Shown: positions 39,502-47,898 of the stretch, one piece after another | How positions within the stretch are numbered: the stretch's first letter is position 1 | Layout: each line of letters begins with the position of its first letter | DNA from: an uncultured virus (IMG/VR IMGVR_UViG_3300042141_000203) | Taxonomy: Duplodnaviria > Heunggongvirae > Uroviricota > Caudoviricetes | Strand: one strand, 5' to 3' | IMG/VR virus record: IMGVR_UViG_3300042141_000203 | Length of the DNA stretch: 64,000 nucleotides | Position numbers and translations under genes: made by a program | Notes under the pieces: generated by a model | What the model saw: the letters and a program-made list of their open reading frames with translations, nothing else | Databases searched by the model: none | What the model was told of the DNA's origin: nothing

Positions 39502-40636
39502 CATTCACTCCAATCGCCACCCGGCGCGACTGCTGGCGGCCTGCCTTCTGCTGGGTGTGGCGGTCGCGATCGCCCTGCACTCGTGGGAGTCGAGGCGTCC
39601 GCAGGAGCCAAAAAACTTCGGCTACGTTCCAGACCCGGCCGGTGCCGCCGCGTTCCTGGGTGAGTTTCGTCAGCCGTTTTTCGCGCAGGCCGCCGCCGAT
39701 TGCATGGCGCAGGCGAAGGGCGTGGACACGTTCCTGTACCGTCCGATGTACCGGGCGCACCAGGCTCGATACGGCAAGCCGTTCGTGGTTGGCCGGCAGC
39801 TCATTGGGTCGTGCGTCGCCTGGGGCGCCATGCACGCGGTTTTCTGCCAGGAAAGCGTGGCCTGGTCGCTGGGCGAGTCGGCCGAGCCCCCGCTGATGCC
39901 GAGCACGGAAGCTATCTATGGCGGGGCCAGGGTGCAGGCGATGGGGCGGGACTTCGCCGGCTGGTCCGATGGGGCCACGGGATTCGGCGCGGCAAAGTTC
40001 CTCAAGAACTGGGGCGTCGTTTACCGGCAGCCGTTCCCCGAAGTCGGCGTCGATCTGACGATCTACAACGCGACGACGGAAAAGAACTGGGGGGCCTACG
40101 GCCTGGGCGGCGAGAGCCACCGCAAGCAGTTCGATGCCATCGCCAAAAAGGCCCCCTGTCAGCACGTCGTAGCCGTCCGCACCTGGGCCGAGCTGGCCGC
40201 CGCCCTGGAGGCCGGGTTCCCTGTGACGCTGGCGAGTTCGCAGGGTTTCAACTCCCGCCTCGGACCGTCCGGCATCATGGAGGCCTCTGGTAGCTGGATG
40301 CACCAGATGGTTGCAATCGGGATTCGCTACAAGGCGACCGGATCGCCGGACGATTGCGTCCTCATTTTGAATAGCTGGGGCCCAAACTGGTGCGGTCCCT
40401 ACGAGAATCGCTGGCCGGACGATATGCCGCCGGGATCGTTTTGGGCGCGGCGTCGCGTCGTCGAGGGGATGCTTGGCGACGCGTGGGCCATCGGCAGCGT
40501 GAAAAACGGATTCAAGTGGCGGGACATTCACAACGGCAACTGGATGCAGCCGGCGCCGCCGGAAATCCGCCCCGCCAAGCCCGACAACCTGTTTGACGTT
40601 CCAGCCGTGCCGGCCTCGCTGCACCTCGCACCGTGA
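39488..40636 (+). CDS. Membrane-anchored papain-like (C1) cysteine peptidase
   Basis: Q..GSCVAWG, HQM, ILNSWG catalytic motifs; N-terminal TM helix. Confidence 0.8.
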   Translation: MPAGDIHSNRHPARLLAACLLLGVAVAIALHSWESRRPQEPKNFGYVPDPAGAAAFLGEFRQPFFAQAAADCMAQAKGVDTFLYRPMYRAHQARYGKPFVVGRQLIGSCVAWGAMHAVFCQESVAWSLGESAEPPLMPSTEAIYGGARVQAMGRDFAGWSDGATGFGAAKFLKNWGVVYRQPFPEVGVDLTIYNATTEKNWGAYGLGGESHRKQFDAIAKKAPCQHVVAVRTWAELAAALEAGFPVTLASSQGFNSRLGPSGIMEASGSWMHQMVAIGIRYKATGSPDDCVLILNSWGPNWCGPYENRWPDDMPPGSFWARRRVVEGMLGDAWAIGSVKNGFKWRDIHNGNWMQPAPPEIRPAKPDNLFDVPAVPASLHLAP

Positions 40637-40646
40637 GGGTATTTCG

Positions 40647-40919
40647 ATGATGGTCGACCGAAAGACTCTGCTGATTCTCGCCGCCGGCATCGCCGTTGGC
40701 TGGTTCGCGTTCAGTGGCAACGGGCTGCCGTCGCCGTTTCAGCCGGCCAAGGATCGCCCGTTTTTGCGGTTCATCGCCAAGGCCGCCAAGACGTTTCTGT
40801 GGGTCGCCATGTTCGCCGAGCAACCGCCGCAGCCGGCCGAGCAGGGCCGGCACCTGGTCCACTCGCCGGCGGTCGGCGAGGACGGCTATCCGCTGGTCGA
40901 TCACGGGCAGGGGTGGTGA
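40647..40919 (+). CDS. Small membrane protein
   Basis: Hydrophobic N-terminus. Confidence 0.55.
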   Translation: MMVDRKTLLILAAGIAVGWFAFSGNGLPSPFQPAKDRPFLRFIAKAAKTFLWVAMFAEQPPQPAEQGRHLVHSPAVGEDGYPLVDHGQGW

Positions 40920-41222
40920 ATGTCGTTCCTCGAATGGCTGATCGCGATCCTCGTATGGCTGACGGCCGATCCCGTCGAGCTAGACCGCCAGGCCCCGCGT
41001 GCCGCGGCCGCCGTGGCGGTCGCCATGGCCAGCATGACGCCGGACGACGCGGGCCCCTCCCCTGCCCCGAAGCCGCCGCAGGATTGCGTCTGCGGCCGCA
41101 CCTGCGTCAATGGCTACTGGAAGCCGGACGGGCGAATCCTGCAGGCGTGCAACTGCACCTGCGATCGGTGCCGGGCCAAGCCTGGCAAGCCATGCCCCGA
41201 CGGGAAATGCCCGGTGCGGTAA
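40920..41222 (+). CDS. Small Cys-rich exported/membrane protein
   Basis: Signal-like N-terminus; CxCxxxC...CxC..C...CPDGKCP. Confidence 0.6.
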   Translation: MSFLEWLIAILVWLTADPVELDRQAPRAAAAVAVAMASMTPDDAGPSPAPKPPQDCVCGRTCVNGYWKPDGRILQACNCTCDRCRAKPGKPCPDGKCPVR

Positions 41223-41596
41223 TGGCGGACGACGCCCTCGAACAGCTCACCGCCCACATTCGCCAAGCCTGCGGGAGCCGATCGGCAATCTGCGGCGCCA
41301 AGTTCGACGAGCTGGTTCGCCTGGTCGTTCGGCACTGGCCGCACCGCCACCTGGAGGCCATCGAGCGGGCCGGCGGAAAAAACCACAAGGCGATCGACCA
41401 TGCGGTCGCCCTCGTGCGGGCCCAGGTCCGCGAGCAGTGGGAGGCCCGGCACGGCATCGGGCCCTTGTGGCAGATGATCTATCGCGGGACGGCCGACGCT
41501 GTATCCACGGTCTGCCTGGAGCTGTGGTTCCGAGAGCCGACCATGAGGCTCGTCCTGCGCGGCCTGTCGGCCAGGCTGGCGGCGCGGCGGGACTAG
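41222..41596 (+). CDS. Hypothetical protein
   Basis: Coupled ORF ending the + strand operon. Confidence 0.55.
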   Translation: MADDALEQLTAHIRQACGSRSAICGAKFDELVRLVVRHWPHRHLEAIERAGGKNHKAIDHAVALVRAQVREQWEARHGIGPLWQMIYRGTADAVSTVCLELWFREPTMRLVLRGLSARLAARRD

Positions 41597-41847
41597 CGGA
41601 CGACGTTCAAGGCCGCATCGGCCACGTCGATCGCTGCCCGTCCCAGCTGGCGGAGGCGGCCGGTTGGCGGCATGGGTTCGGGGGCCATGGGTTGCCCGGC
41701 CGGCTGCCACGAGCCGGGTTGTCCGGCCGTGACAGTCCGATGGGCCAGGTCGATCGCGGCCAGGCTGAACCGGACCTCGATCAAGATGCCTGCGGCGGCG
41801 GCGAGCACGGCCACTGCGAGCACGGCACGAAAGGCGTCGCGGATCAT
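41593..41847 (-). CDS. Small membrane protein
   Basis: AGGAG RBS; hydrophobic N-terminus. Confidence 0.55.
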   Translation of the reverse strand: MIRDAFRAVLAVAVLAAAAGILIEVRFSLAAIDLAHRTVTAGQPGSWQPAGQPMAPEPMPPTGRLRQLGRAAIDVADAALNVVR

Positions 41848-42251
41848 GGCTGCGGCTCCTGTTTGGTTTTCGCTCGCTCGCCGTCGATGATCTTTTGCAG
41901 TCCGTCTAAAAACTCGTCCTCGCATCCGTCCACGGCGATTTCGGCGAGGTTCAAGACACTCTCGCCAAGGCTTTCGCCATTCGCGAGGTCGAAAACAATG
42001 TCCGCAATCAAGTCGGGGAGCGTCCACTTCGCCTCCCGGCTCAAGTCCTGAATGGAGCTGGTGATAGCATGCACGACATTCGCGGTATCGTCCCTCAAGG
42101 GAGCCGCGCACTTTTTTGCGTTTGCAACCCATTTCGGCGCCGGGTTGACCTGCCGTGCGATTGTCTTTCGAACCGCGAAGCAATCGCGGTGCGTTTCATC
42201 TTCGGAGTCGGCTGGGTTCCACTCTATGCGGATTGAGAAAAACGGTTTCAT
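41844..42251 (-). CDS. Hypothetical acidic protein
   Basis: AGGAG RBS, ATGA overlaps at both ends, lower GC. Confidence 0.6.
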   Translation of the reverse strand: MKPFFSIRIEWNPADSEDETHRDCFAVRKTIARQVNPAPKWVANAKKCAAPLRDDTANVVHAITSSIQDLSREAKWTLPDLIADIVFDLANGESLGESVLNLAEIAVDGCEDEFLDGLQKIIDGERAKTKQEPQP

Positions 42252-42745
42252 GCGTAGGCTCCTGCGAGTAGTTGAGCGGGAAACTCCGCCACCGGGCAAG
42301 CGTCCGGCGGGATGATCCATTCGTAGCGGCCGCCGGACGGGTGCCGGGACGGCGGGAGCACGGATTGAGCGGCGCGGCCGCCGAGCCGTATTTCGATCGC
42401 GTCCAGCTGGATAACGGCGGCGGGCGGCATCCACGGGGCCCAGCGGAATAGCCGGTGCTCGCCCCTGGCCGATCGCCAGGTCGGGGTCTGCAGGTCGGTT
42501 ATGCCGTAGGCGGCCAGTTGCTCGAGGCCGGCGGGCTCGTCGTATTCCACGTCGACCAGGCCGGAAGCCTCGCCGAGCAGCAAGCCGACGTTGCTACCGG
42601 CGGCGAGCCAGGCCTTGACGTATGTCAAGTCGGCGACGGATTTGGTCTGCCAGGCGGCGCCGAGCGGCCGTTTCTCGCCACGGGCGAGGCGGACGAATCG
42701 GGCACCGTTGGCGGCCAGGGTTGCCAGTTCGGGCAGGTTGTCCAT
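42248..42745 (-). CDS. Stand-alone bifunctional DNA primase/polymerase (Prim-Pol) domain
   Basis: GEKRP...W, NVGLLLG..SGLVDVEYD, T.RSARGEH, SVLPPSRHPSGGRYEW. Confidence 0.8.
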   Translation of the reverse strand: MDNLPELATLAANGARFVRLARGEKRPLGAAWQTKSVADLTYVKAWLAAGSNVGLLLGEASGLVDVEYDEPAGLEQLAAYGITDLQTPTWRSARGEHRLFRWAPWMPPAAVIQLDAIEIRLGGRAAQSVLPPSRHPSGGRYEWIIPPDACPVAEFPAQLLAGAYA

Positions 42746-42791
42746 GGGTTCGTGCTCCGGGGGTTGTGGCCGGGTTTGCCGGCCGGGTTGT

Positions 42792-43025
42792 CTACTGGTC
42801 GAGGAATGTTCCGGTGCGCGGCATCGGCCGGCCGGATGCGGCCACGAGCCGGCGGACCTGCCGGCGGATGCGTGCCGCGTATCGGTTGGCGATCGGGCAG
42901 CCGATCGAATCGTAGTTGTCGATGTTGTGCAGCTCGTCGGGCAGCTCGTGGCCGGCCAGGATGGCGGCCACGGTGTCGAGCACGAGCTGGTCGGGTCGGC
43001 GGCTGGTTGGGGCTGCGGTGGTCAT
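42792..43025 (-). CDS. Hypothetical protein
   Basis: Starts at the repeated GGAG..CGAACCCATG leader. Confidence 0.6.
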   Translation of the reverse strand: MTTAAPTSRRPDQLVLDTVAAILAGHELPDELHNIDNYDSIGCPIANRYAARIRRQVRRLVAASGRPMPRTGTFLDQ

Positions 43026-43063
43026 GGGTTCGGACTCCTTGGTGGTGGGGTGGGGCGGGCTGT

Positions 43064-43267
43064 CTAGGCCAGTTCGGCGAGCAAGGCATCGACCGCGGCC
43101 TCGCCGCAGCGGCGCTCGATGCTGTCAAGCATCATGGCGCGGGCTAGGCGGGCGTGCTCGTCGGCGGGGATGCCGGGGCCGAGCTGCCGCAACGCCGCGT
43201 AAAGCGTGGGCACGGGGCGAGCGTCGCAAGCGGCCTTCATCGCGTCAATTCTGTCTCGGAGGGTCAT
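43064..43267 (-). CDS. Hypothetical protein
   Basis: Leader variant GGAGCCCGAAAACATG; downstream of promoter 43314-43342. Confidence 0.6.
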   Translation of the reverse strand: MTLRDRIDAMKAACDARPVPTLYAALRQLGPGIPADEHARLARAMMLDSIERRCGEAAVDALLAELA

Positions 43268-43313
43268 GTTTTCGGGCTCCTTGGTTGGGCGGCGTTCGCC
43301 GCGGGTTGTCTGC

Positions 43314-43342
43314 ATACTATCCGGTCGGCAACTATCAGACAA
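43314..43342 (-). promoter_or_regulatory. sigma70 promoter with embedded operator (43317-43332)
   Basis: TTGTCT-17-TAGTAT, A/T tract upstream. Confidence 0.7.
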
Positions 43343-43373
43343 GGGGGTGAGAAAAAGTTTTTCGTTCGGGTGC

Positions 43374-43592
43374 CTAGTGGGCGTGCGATCCGCCGCGAGG
43401 GCGGCCTACTGTGGGCATCGTCTTAGCGTAGGATTCGACACTGCTACGCTTGGCAAACCATTGGTTGTCGATCTGCACGCCGGCGACGTGGCCGGCCTGG
43501 ACCAACTTTCGCATCCATAGGCGGCTGACGTTCGCCAGCTTGGCGGCGGTGCCGATCGTGCAGTATTGGTCGGGGTCGATTTTGGGTGCCAT
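43374..43592 (-). CDS. HTH_17/excisionase-like (MerR-type) DNA-binding protein, likely leaderless
   Basis: YCTIGTAAKLANVSRLWMRKLVQAG...QWF; ends PTVGRPR. Confidence 0.75.
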   Translation of the reverse strand: MAPKIDPDQYCTIGTAAKLANVSRLWMRKLVQAGHVAGVQIDNQWFAKRSSVESYAKTMPTVGRPRGGSHAH

Positions 43593-43599
43593 ATCGGCC

Positions 43600-43627
43600 A
43601 TTGTTGCCGATCGGTACCGGGCGTCAA
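43600..43627 (-). promoter_or_regulatory. Promoter with embedded operator (43603-43618)
   Basis: TTGACG-16-AACAAT, ATG 7 nt downstream. Confidence 0.55.
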
Positions 43628-43691
43628 GCGTCATGGGTTCGGGGTGGGTTGGCCGGCCGGCCAAGTTGGCCGGCCGGCACGGGTTCGGGCG

Positions 43692-43958
43692 TCATTCCTC
43701 AAGGCGGGCGGCGGGCTCGGATCGCGGGCGGATACGCTTCCCGCCCCGGCGGCGCCGCTCGAGTTCGACGGCCGCGTAGCTGATTTCGTCCTGGTAGGCT
43801 CCCGCGTTCGGCGAGTCCGGCCAGGCGGACAGGCTTTCCCGGCAGTCGGCGATAATGAAAAGCAACTCGGCCTCCGAAAGCCGGCGGCACCGGGCCGGAT
43901 AGTCTCGGTGGTCGATTACCTTTCCTGCGTAGTTGCTGATGATGGCATAGGCGGGCAT
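43692..43958 (-). CDS. Hypothetical protein
   Basis: Perfect GGAGCCCGAACCCATG leader. Confidence 0.65.
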   Translation of the reverse strand: MPAYAIISNYAGKVIDHRDYPARCRRLSEAELLFIIADCRESLSAWPDSPNAGAYQDEISYAAVELERRRRGGKRIRPRSEPAARLEE

Positions 43959-44065
43959 GGGTTCGGGCTCCTAGGTTCGGGCTATGGGTTGGGCGGTCGG
44001 GCGACGTACCAGGCCTTCCCCGGTGCCGCCAGCCACGGGCGCCGGCGGGGGCGGGGCGGGCCGGG

Positions 44066-44437
44066 CTAGGCTCGGGCCATGTAGTCGTGCGCGGTCGTCG
44101 CGCCTAACTCCTCGAGCACGGCCGCGGCCAGGTCGTCAACGGCCCAGCGGGCCGCGTCGCCGCTGCGGTCGTCCATCTGCAGAAATACGCTTGCCTCGTT
44201 GGCCGGACGGCGGCTGCGCGGGGCCGCGTCCATCGCGACTCTGACGATGCCGGCAGGGATTCCGGCGTCGGGCCTGGCCGGGAAGTCGCAATAGAAAATC
44301 TGCAGCTCATGGAACCAGGCCCCGCCCGCGGTTAGGTTCCGGTGGGCGCGGCTGGCGGCGTGCTGGTCGATCATCTGGCGGACAATATCGGCGGCAATTT
44401 CTGCGATCCCGTCGGTGTAGGTGTTCGCGGTGCTCAT
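44066..44437 (-). CDS. Hypothetical protein
   Basis: Perfect leader. Confidence 0.65.
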   Translation of the reverse strand: MSTANTYTDGIAEIAADIVRQMIDQHAASRAHRNLTAGGAWFHELQIFYCDFPARPDAGIPAGIVRVAMDAAPRSRRPANEASVFLQMDDRSGDAARWAVDDLAAAVLEELGATTAHDYMARA

Positions 44438-44540
44438 GGGTTCGGGCTCCTGTTTCTATGGGGTCATGGGTTCGGGACGGTCGGAAGTCGGCCGGCCCCG
44501 GCGGGCCCGGCCAGGCGGCCAGGCGCGCGGCGGGCGGCCG

Positions 44541-45119
44541 TCATGCGGCCGCGGGTTCGGGTAGTGGCAGCTCCAGCCAAGCGTCATGGGTGAAGCCGGC
44601 CGCGGCGAAGCGGGCCACGTCCGCCGGGTCGGTGCGGTCGACCGCGGCCAGGCGGCCGGCGGCGTCGGCCGTGAGGTAGCTACACTCGGGCCGGCGTCCG
44701 GTCTGCCGATACCGATACTCCGCGGCGGCCTCGGCCGTGAGTCCGTCCGGCACGCGTGAGGCGGTGCGGGTCCATACGATACGGGCCTCCGTGGCCGCTG
44801 CCGCTGCGGCCGCTGCGGCCTCTCGGCGAGTCTGCCGGCGGACGGCTGGCCGCGAGCGGCGGCCGGCGTGCGGGCGGCCGGCCTCGTCGTAGGCGCCGGC
44901 CTCCTCGGCCTCTTGGCGGAGCTGGCGGGCGATCGTCGAGTCTCTGCGGCCGCTACGGGCCTCGGCGGCGCAGACGACGCCCCAGTATTGAACGTCACCA
45001 ACGGCGGCGCCGTCGGTGTCGATCAGCTCGACGGCGACGCGTCGAGCGGGGCAGTAGGTGCCGCATAGCTCACAGTGGCCGGCGGCGTCGGTGATTCCTA
45101 GTACGCGGAAGCGGTGCAT
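44541..45119 (-). CDS. Hypothetical protein with putative Zn site
   Basis: Perfect leader; GITD...CELCG...YWGVVCA. Confidence 0.65.
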   Translation of the reverse strand: MHRFRVLGITDAAGHCELCGTYCPARRVAVELIDTDGAAVGDVQYWGVVCAAEARSGRRDSTIARQLRQEAEEAGAYDEAGRPHAGRRSRPAVRRQTRREAAAAAAAAATEARIVWTRTASRVPDGLTAEAAAEYRYRQTGRRPECSYLTADAAGRLAAVDRTDPADVARFAAAGFTHDAWLELPLPEPAAA

Positions 45120-45164
45120 GGGTTCGGGCTCCTTGGGTTGTGGCCGTTGTGGCCTGGTTGGTTA

Positions 45165-45193
45165 GTTATATCCCGTGGGAAACAATAAGTCAA
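45165..45193 (-). promoter_or_regulatory. sigma70 promoter with embedded operator (45168-45183)
   Basis: TTGACT-17-TATAAC. Confidence 0.8.
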
Positions 45194-45205
45194 GCGGGCG
45201 GGTTG

Positions 45206-45445
45206 TCAGTCGGCGAACATTGGGACGCAACGGGCAACGGCCGGCCGGGCCGGGCCGACCGCGGCGCCGGCGGCGTCCAGGTCGAGTAGGAAGCGGTCCG
45301 CGGCGCGGCGGCCATCGGTGCCACGGGCGGCGTGGCGGTCGGCCTCGGCCGCATCGGCCAGGGCCAGGGCATCGACCGCCCGGCGAACGTCGGCGGGCAG
45401 GTTCGCGTATCGGGCGGCCAGGCGGCAGAATTGGGCGGCGGTCAT
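45206..45445 (-). CDS. Hypothetical protein
   Basis: Leader GGAGCCCGACCCCATG. Confidence 0.55.
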   Translation of the reverse strand: MTAAQFCRLAARYANLPADVRRAVDALALADAAEADRHAARGTDGRRAADRFLLDLDAAGAAVGPARPAVARCVPMFAD

Positions 45446-45516
45446 GGGGTCGGGCTCCTGTGGTGGTGGTGGCGGTCTGCCGGGCCCGGCCACGGCGGCC
45501 GGGCCCGGCGTCGGGG

Positions 45517-46470
45517 TCAAGCTTCAACGGGCTCGGCGGCCTCCTCGGCGGGCTCCTGGTCGGCGGCGCCGCCGGGCTGGAGCGAGTGCAGATAAGCGGC
45601 CGCCCGGCTGGCCGCGCTGGCCGCCGTGAATATGGCCCGCTTATCGGCCTTCAACACTTCCAGCCAAGCGGCCAGGTAGTTGACGTGCTCCGGGTGCGGG
45701 GAAGCCTCGAGCCCTAGGTCGGCGGCCAGGAAAGCCGCGGCCAGCTCGGCCACGAGTTCCTCCGCCGCGTACGCGTGCCGCTCAAACTTCCCCGCCAGGT
45801 CACGATCGAGCCGCGACGCGTGCCCGGTCCAGTGCGCCAGCTCGTGTAGGGTCGTGCAGGCATGGGCCTCGGCCGTTTCGAACGTGGCCGCGTGCGGCAC
45901 CTGGATATAGTCGCCGCTCGGCGAGTAGTAGGCGCGGGCGCCGCCGGCCCGTATCTCGGCCCCGGTGGCCGCGGCGAAAGCGGCGGCGGCCTCGTGCGGC
46001 TGCACGTCGCCGGCGGGCGGCGGGACCTGGGCCGTGTAATGCGCGGGGAGCCCGTCGCATTGTTCGGCATTGAACACGGTATACGCCTTCAAAAACGGGA
46101 TTTTCTTCTCGGCCGTTGTGCCGTCGGCGCGGGCCTCCTCTTTCGTGAACGTGGACGCGTAGACCACGGTCGTCCCCTTCTCTCCCTTGCGGACGTGGCC
46201 GCCCAGCTCTTGAGCCTGCTTGAACGTAAGCCAAAGCGGCGCCGTGTACCCGGCGGCCTCGGCGGCGATCCACAACACGAGCACGTTTACCCCCTGGTAC
46301 GGTTGGCCGTTGTGGCGCAGCGGGCGGGACACGGGGCCAGCGGCGTGCCCGGCCTTCCACGGCTTGTGCCAGGGGGCGACGTTGCCGGCCTCCAGGGCGG
46401 CGACGATTGAATCGGTTACGGTCTGGTACACGTCGGGGCGGGCGGTTCGGGTAGTGGTTCGGGCGGTCAT
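45517..46470 (-). CDS. ardC: ArdC-family antirestriction ssDNA-binding/zincin protein
   Basis: PWHKPW, YQGVNVLVLW, WLTFKQA..LGGHVRKGEKG, VFNAEQ, HELAHWTGH..RLDR, YAAEELVAE. Confidence 0.92.
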   Translation of the reverse strand: MTARTTTRTARPDVYQTVTDSIVAALEAGNVAPWHKPWKAGHAAGPVSRPLRHNGQPYQGVNVLVLWIAAEAAGYTAPLWLTFKQAQELGGHVRKGEKGTTVVYASTFTKEEARADGTTAEKKIPFLKAYTVFNAEQCDGLPAHYTAQVPPPAGDVQPHEAAAAFAAATGAEIRAGGARAYYSPSGDYIQVPHAATFETAEAHACTTLHELAHWTGHASRLDRDLAGKFERHAYAAEELVAELAAAFLAADLGLEASPHPEHVNYLAAWLEVLKADKRAIFTAASAASRAAAYLHSLQPGGAADQEPAEEAAEPVEA

Positions 46471-46575
46471 GGGTTCGGGCTCCTGGTTTGGTTCACGGGT
46501 TCGGGGTCGGGCGACGTGCCCGGCCGCCGGGCACCGGCCGCGGCTTGTGCCACGACCGGCGGCCGGGGGCCGCAG

Positions 46576-46914
46576 CTATCGGGCCAGGTCGGCGGCCTCG
46601 TCGGCGGCCAGGTAGGCGGCACGGGCGGCACGGAGCCGGGCGGCGGCCAGGTTGCGGCCGTGGGCGCCCTTGCGGCAGTTCCGGACGCGTGAGGCCTGGT
46701 CACGAGCGGCGGCCAGCTCGGCGGCCGTCGCCGCGTCGCGGGCGGCCTGGTTGCCGGCCTCAAGCCGGCGAATAAGGTCGCGGGCCTCGTCGCGAGTGTC
46801 GACCGTGGCGATCCACGAGCGGCGGCCGTCGGCCGTTACGCTTTCCACGTCAAAGAATGAAACGGCGCCGCGGCTGCGGGCGTCAGGGGTTCGGATGATG
46901 CGATAGGCGGCCAT
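46576..46914 (-). CDS. Hypothetical protein
   Basis: Leader GGAACCCGAACCCATG. Confidence 0.6.
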   Translation of the reverse strand: MAAYRIIRTPDARSRGAVSFFDVESVTADGRRSWIATVDTRDEARDLIRRLEAGNQAARDAATAAELAAARDQASRVRNCRKGAHGRNLAAARLRAARAAYLAADEAADLAR

Positions 46915-46973
46915 GGGTTCGGGTTCCTGGTTGGTTGGGGTTATGGGTTCGGAAACGGAAACGGGTTCGGGAT

Positions 46974-47201
46974 TCACGAACGGCGAATGACAACGGCCGG
47001 GCGGCCGTTCACGAGCATGGGCGGCACCGGCGGCGGCACCGGGCACGGGCGGCACAAGGCCGCCGCGGCACGTTCACGGGCAAGGCCGGACGGGGCGGCC
47101 AGCTCGGCGGCCAGCTCGTCCCGCCAGGCTTCGAGGGCCGCGGCGGAGTAGGTGAGGCCGGCCAGGATGGCACGAGCGAAAATGTCGGCAAGTGGTTGCA
47201 T
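46974..47201 (-). CDS. Hypothetical protein
   Basis: Perfect leader. Confidence 0.55.
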   Translation of the reverse strand: MQPLADIFARAILAGLTYSAAALEAWRDELAAELAAPSGLARERAAAALCRPCPVPPPVPPMLVNGRPAVVIRRS

Positions 47202-47287
47202 GGGTTCGGGCTCCGTTCAAGGTTCCCCGCCGTTTCGACCCGCGGCGGGTTCGGGTTGTCGGTAGGTTGTCGCCGATGGGCGACAAT

Positions 47288-47863
47288 TCAAAAGGGGGCG
47301 GGCTCCTGGTAGGCTCGGAAGCGGGGCCGGCCGGCCGTTGGGTGACGCTGGAAAAATGCCACGTCGGCCGCGGCCACGAGCCAGTTCCGGCCGGCCTTAC
47401 GGCCGCGGACCTTCCCGGCCTTGACGAGCTGGCGGAGCCATTGTTCGGTAATGTCGGCGGCCGCGGCGGCCTGGACGAGCGGCAGGTAGGTTTCGGCCAC
47501 GTCGCCGGCCGCGGCTAGGCGGTCGATGGTTTCCGCCATCACGTCGTCGGCCGGGCGGAGCGCAGGTGCTTCGCCGGCCAGCTCGTCGAAAAGCTGGTCG
47601 GCAGTCATGCCACGGTCCGCCGCCGTCACGTCGAGCCCGGCAATATAGGTCGCATCGCCGCCGCTGAACGCGGCCCGGTGCGCGGCCTTGAAGTGGCCGC
47701 CGTGAACGTCGCCCCGCTGCGCCCGATACGCGTCTCGACGGGCGGCCGCGCGCCGCTCCACATCGGCGGCCTCGAGCCCGCGAGCCTCACGATAGGCGGC
47801 CAGCACAACCGGCCATTCCAGGCCCGCGGCCGCCGCTCTTTCTTTGTGTTCGTTCGTGTTCAT
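47288..47863 (-). CDS. Protein with C-terminal HTH_17-like domain, likely leaderless
   Basis: QAAAAADITEQWLRQLVKAGKVRG...NWLV; ends HPTAGRPR; paralog of 43374..43592. Confidence 0.7.
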   Translation of the reverse strand: MNTNEHKERAAAAGLEWPVVLAAYREARGLEAADVERRAAARRDAYRAQRGDVHGGHFKAAHRAAFSGGDATYIAGLDVTAADRGMTADQLFDELAGEAPALRPADDVMAETIDRLAAAGDVAETYLPLVQAAAAADITEQWLRQLVKAGKVRGRKAGRNWLVAAADVAFFQRHPTAGRPRFRAYQEPAPF

Positions 47864-47869
47864 GCCCTA

Positions 47870-47898
47870 TTTGTATCCCATCGGCAACATGGCGTCAA
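47870..47898 (-). promoter_or_regulatory. sigma70 promoter with embedded operator (47873-47888)
   Basis: TTGACG-17-TACAAA, ATG 6 nt downstream; A/T tract 47909-47923 as UP element. Confidence 0.75.

Larger units (their letters stand above)
42743..47214 (-). repeat. Dispersed 16-nt start-associated repeat GGAGCCCGAACCCATG (10 copies)
   Basis: Copies at 42743, 43023, 43265, 43956, 44435, 45117, 45443, 46468, 46912, 47199. Confidence 0.9.

Noticed and set aside
42743..47214. Repeated 16-mer as a CRISPR array
   Set aside because: Spacing is irregular and gene-sized, repeats include RBS and ATG, and there are no cas genes.
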